Under the pieces are notes generated by a model. It had not been told where the DNA came from. It did no database searches and worked only from the letters and a program-made list of their open reading frames with translations. The position numbers and the translations under genes were made by a program. Shown here piece after piece: positions 60,320-64,000 of a stretch of 64,000 bases of DNA. Each line of letters starts with the position of its first letter. Within the stretch, counting starts at the first letter, position 1. Source of the stretch: the human T2T-CHM13v2.0 reference genome, Homo sapiens; the NCBI RefSeq assembly GCF_009914755.1, contig NC_060933.1. One strand, 5' to 3'.

Positions 60320-60925
60320 CTTGAAATAGTATTTGCTCTGACCCTGGTTCCTGACACAGTATTCCTACATCCCTTAGAATTTCCCGGGTGATAGGAGCGT
60401 CTTTTTGTTCTAATGAGATGACACTTGGTGGGCTTCTGGGTGGGCTTCCGTGTTGAAGAACACATCCATGTGTCAGGAGGGTGGTGCATTCCAACACCAA
60501 AGACACAGAAGCTCCTATGCTCAGGACCCTTCTCGACCCCTAGGTACCTCTTCATCTGTATTCTTTGTCATATCTTCTATTATATATTAGTAATAAACCA
60601 ATAAGTGTAAATGTTTCCCTGAGTTCTGTGAGCTGTTCTAGCAAATTATTGAACCAGAAGAGAGGGTCTTGGGAACCTCTGATTTATAGCCAGTTTATCA
60701 GAAGCACAGGTGACAACCCAGACTTGTGATTGGCATGGAAGTTGGGGCAGTCTTGTGAGACCAAGCCAATGAGGCTTGCACTCATTCCAGGTAAACAGTG
60801 TCTGAATTTAATTGAATTACAGAACACCCAATTGTTGTAGCAGAGAATTGCTTGGTGTGGGAAAAAAACACCCCACACATTTGGTGGCCAGAAGTACAGA
60901 GGAGAGGAGAAAATTAGTTTTCCTA
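60320..60925 (+). mobile_element. MER21-like LTR fragment
   Basis: tttccctgagttctgtgagctgttctagcaaattattgaacc...gatttatagccag; similar to the element at 56519-57668. Confidence 0.65.
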
Positions 60926-61668
60926 TGCATAGTCAATATCTCCCTGTCAGGGCCACAGCTTGCAGGGCCTGAAATCCAGTTCACAATCCCAGCCAAGATG
61001 CATTTACAAAGTCAGTTTTTGCGGTGGGGCACTGTGAACTGAAGGAAAGAGTCCCTCATTTGCACAAGAGTCCATGGGCTAGTCTTGATTGCTATGCTCT
61101 GGGTAAGACAAAAGGAGGTACTGAACTAAGGCAGTCGCAGTGGGAGCAGAGAGAAGGTGACATGCTCACATTTGCCTTGTTGAGTTTGAGGCGCTTGTAT
61201 GAAAACCAAGAGAGCTGTATGCCATTCCTTGAAAGGTATCCTTATGTGTCTAGAAATCAATGAAAGGTCAGGCTTACAAATATAATTGGGAAGTTGCTAA
61301 TGCAAACCTAAAGGATCGTTTGTGGGAATGTGGACTGGGATTGAGACTCTGTAGCAAAAGGCATGGGAATTCACTGTTATTTATTGAACCAGACTAGGAG
61401 ACAAGTATAAAGATTAAGGAAAGAAATGATTAATGTTCAACAGAAGGCTCCTGCTGTATCAATTTGCCAAGCTTTTTGGCTCAACATATTAGCCCACCTA
61501 AATCTAGACCCGTAACATACGCATAACGCACAAGAAGTTGAACTTCCTTTTTGCCTCACAAATAGCCTCATCTAATGCACTCTGCTAAGCAGTCTGGATG
61601 TAAACAGCTGTTCTTTGCAAGAATGCTAGATGCTCTTCACTGACAGATGGCAGAAGTTCCCTAGGGGA

Positions 61669-61712
61669 CACAGACACACACACACACACACACAGACACA
61701 CACACACACACA
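61669..61712. repeat. (CA)n microsatellite, interrupted
   Basis: Directly visible. Confidence 0.95.
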
Positions 61713-62462
61713 GAAATCTTAGTAGGGTCAATAACATTGATATTCATCAATGAAGTTACTGAAATTTAGAGTCAGTGAAAGGCCTGGAATTAAAAGCATA
61801 CTTAAGTTAGTGTGTCTTCTAGGCTTAATGCCAGCACAGATATTATTATTTTGCATACTTGCTATGAACAAAAACACTTTCCATTTTATATTTCACTTTT
61901 AAGAGTCAGAGATCATTTGCAACAGTTAAATCCTTAAATGCTTGTCCTATATACCTCTGATTTCCTTCTGCCCTTGTCACAGGAAATAGAAGGCCTTTAA
62001 ATTTGTATCTTCGTGGGAAATGTACCAGGCAAATCCATACTGAAATATGGCAGAATAGCTCTGTTTGGTTTGTTTAAATCAATATATTTGGAAAAAAACC
62101 TCTCACCGAAAATACTACTAGAAACTCTTACTGATCCCTCCAACCTCCAGTCAAAATGAATAACTAAATAGATTTGGTTAGACAGTTATTGTGATAGAAA
62201 AGAAAGGATAGGGCTATTTAGATTACATTCTTTACCAAAGTCTAAGTCAGAAAACTAGTGGTGGTTTGGAAGCAGTGGATTTTGTTCCTATCAAATTTAA
62301 GTGTGGAGAACTATCAAATTTGGATCTCATGAAAAGCCATGACATCATTTAGGAGCATCCACTGAAATTTCTTCTCCCCAAGACAGATAGATTAGTTAGG
62401 CTCTTCATAGACTCATATAACTCTAAAATTAAAATGAAAGAAAAATCAAATATCAGGATTAG

Positions 62463-62817
<355 letters not shown>

Positions 62818-63451
62818 AACTCACTCAATTCTTAAATGCCTTATACCTCACTCTTGCAGGCAGTTACAAAGCCGGGGATTGAACACTTCTACAGACGGGA
62901 AGCTCATGACCACATGAGATGTTCATTCCATCTTTGGATAGGATATTAGAAAGTTTTTTTCCTTATATGGAAGTAAAATTTTCTCCTTAACCTTTTTTCT
63001 ATAAGCTTTCAGTCTCCTGAATAGAAGGTTAATAATAACAGCAAATATTTCAGCACTTATAATACAGCAGGCAACGCTCTGAGCATATCACAGGGATTAA
63101 TTTATCAATTCCTCAAAATAATCATTTTGGACAGGTTAATAATGGTATTAATATCATTCCCCAATCTACATATAGAAGACTGGGGTGCAGAGAAGTTAAG
63201 CAAGACTACGTGCTTTAAAAATATTTGATCCAGCAGTTGGTTAGGGATACTGACTCCAGAGCCCAAGTTCTACCCTTGAATAACCCAAAGATTGGGTAGT
63301 CCAATCCTTGAGAGCATTTGAAAAGAGTCATTGGGCTGCCCTCTGATAATTCTAATAGAAAAAGAAAACTATTGCTTTTAACCTCATCTATTAATGAGAT
63401 ATTTAAACTATGTATTAACTCTAAAGAAAGTATTACTTTTTCAAAGATACA

Positions 63452-63747
63452 CTGTTTTGTTTTTGTTTGGAGACAGGGTCTTGCTCTGTCACCTAGGCTA
63501 GAGTGCAGTGGTGTGATCACAACTTACTAGAGTCTCCACCTCCTGGGCTCAATGGATCCTTCTGCCTCAGCCCCTTGAGTAGCTAGGACCACAGGCAAGA
63601 GCTACCATGCCTGGCTAATTTTTGTATTTTTTGTGGAAATGGAGTCTCATTATGTTGCCCAGGTTGGTCTCAAACTTCTAGATTCAAGTGAGTCCTGCCT
63701 CAACCTCCCAAAGTACTGGGATTACAAGTGTGAGCCACTGTGCCCTC
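63452..63747 (-). mobile_element. AluJ
   Basis: Diverged antisense Alu. Confidence 0.88.
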
Positions 63748-64000
63748 CAAAAATATGTTTTAAGCATATTTATTACTAAAGGATGCAATTTATATGAAAC
63801 TTACAATATGACATTAGAACTGAGAGCCATCTGCTTATGTAGGCCTGTGTTTTCTACTGCAACAAAATTTTTAAAAAGCTCTTGTTCTCTGTCAGGAGTA
63901 ATAAGGAACCTTGTGAAACAGATGACCTGTGGGTTCTCCATTCTGGATGAATGTTACAACACCTGAGGGTGCATTTTGAAAAATGACCCCCAGGCCTGCC

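Overview
Human (AluYb9-bearing) genomic DNA from inside the PRUNE2/BMCC1 gene (chr9q21), transcribed on the minus strand. The window holds three phase-consistent coding exons: exon 7 (24139-23981, 159 nt, DHHA2 region), the giant exon 8 (21776-15167, 6610 nt, acidic disordered region) and exon 9 (14510-13763, 748 nt). Exon numbering is recalled, not derivable here. There is also a short alternative first coding exon in intron 9 (ATG 2553, donor 2486; MLKSCSRASFSPSVRKPPLILR) that the ORF track misses; it has an internal promoter and an overlapping uORF. Positions 24140-64000 are intron 6, which hosts the antisense lncRNA PCA3; the canonical PCA3 exons were not recognised and probably lie beyond the right edge. 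The rest is ordinary primate intron: about 25 Alus, L1/L2/MIR remnants, MER5/MER20 DNA transposons, solo LTRs and microsatellites. I found no wholly new biological system. The best leads are the internal, possibly bidirectional, promoter/uORF module at about 2.2-2.7 kb, two in-frame indels in PRUNE2, an array of Trp-acidic trafficking motifs in exon 8, a young AluYb9, an L1 3' transduction and a tandemly duplicated hairpin. Repeat subfamily names come from memory of consensus sequences and need RepeatMasker/Dfam confirmation.
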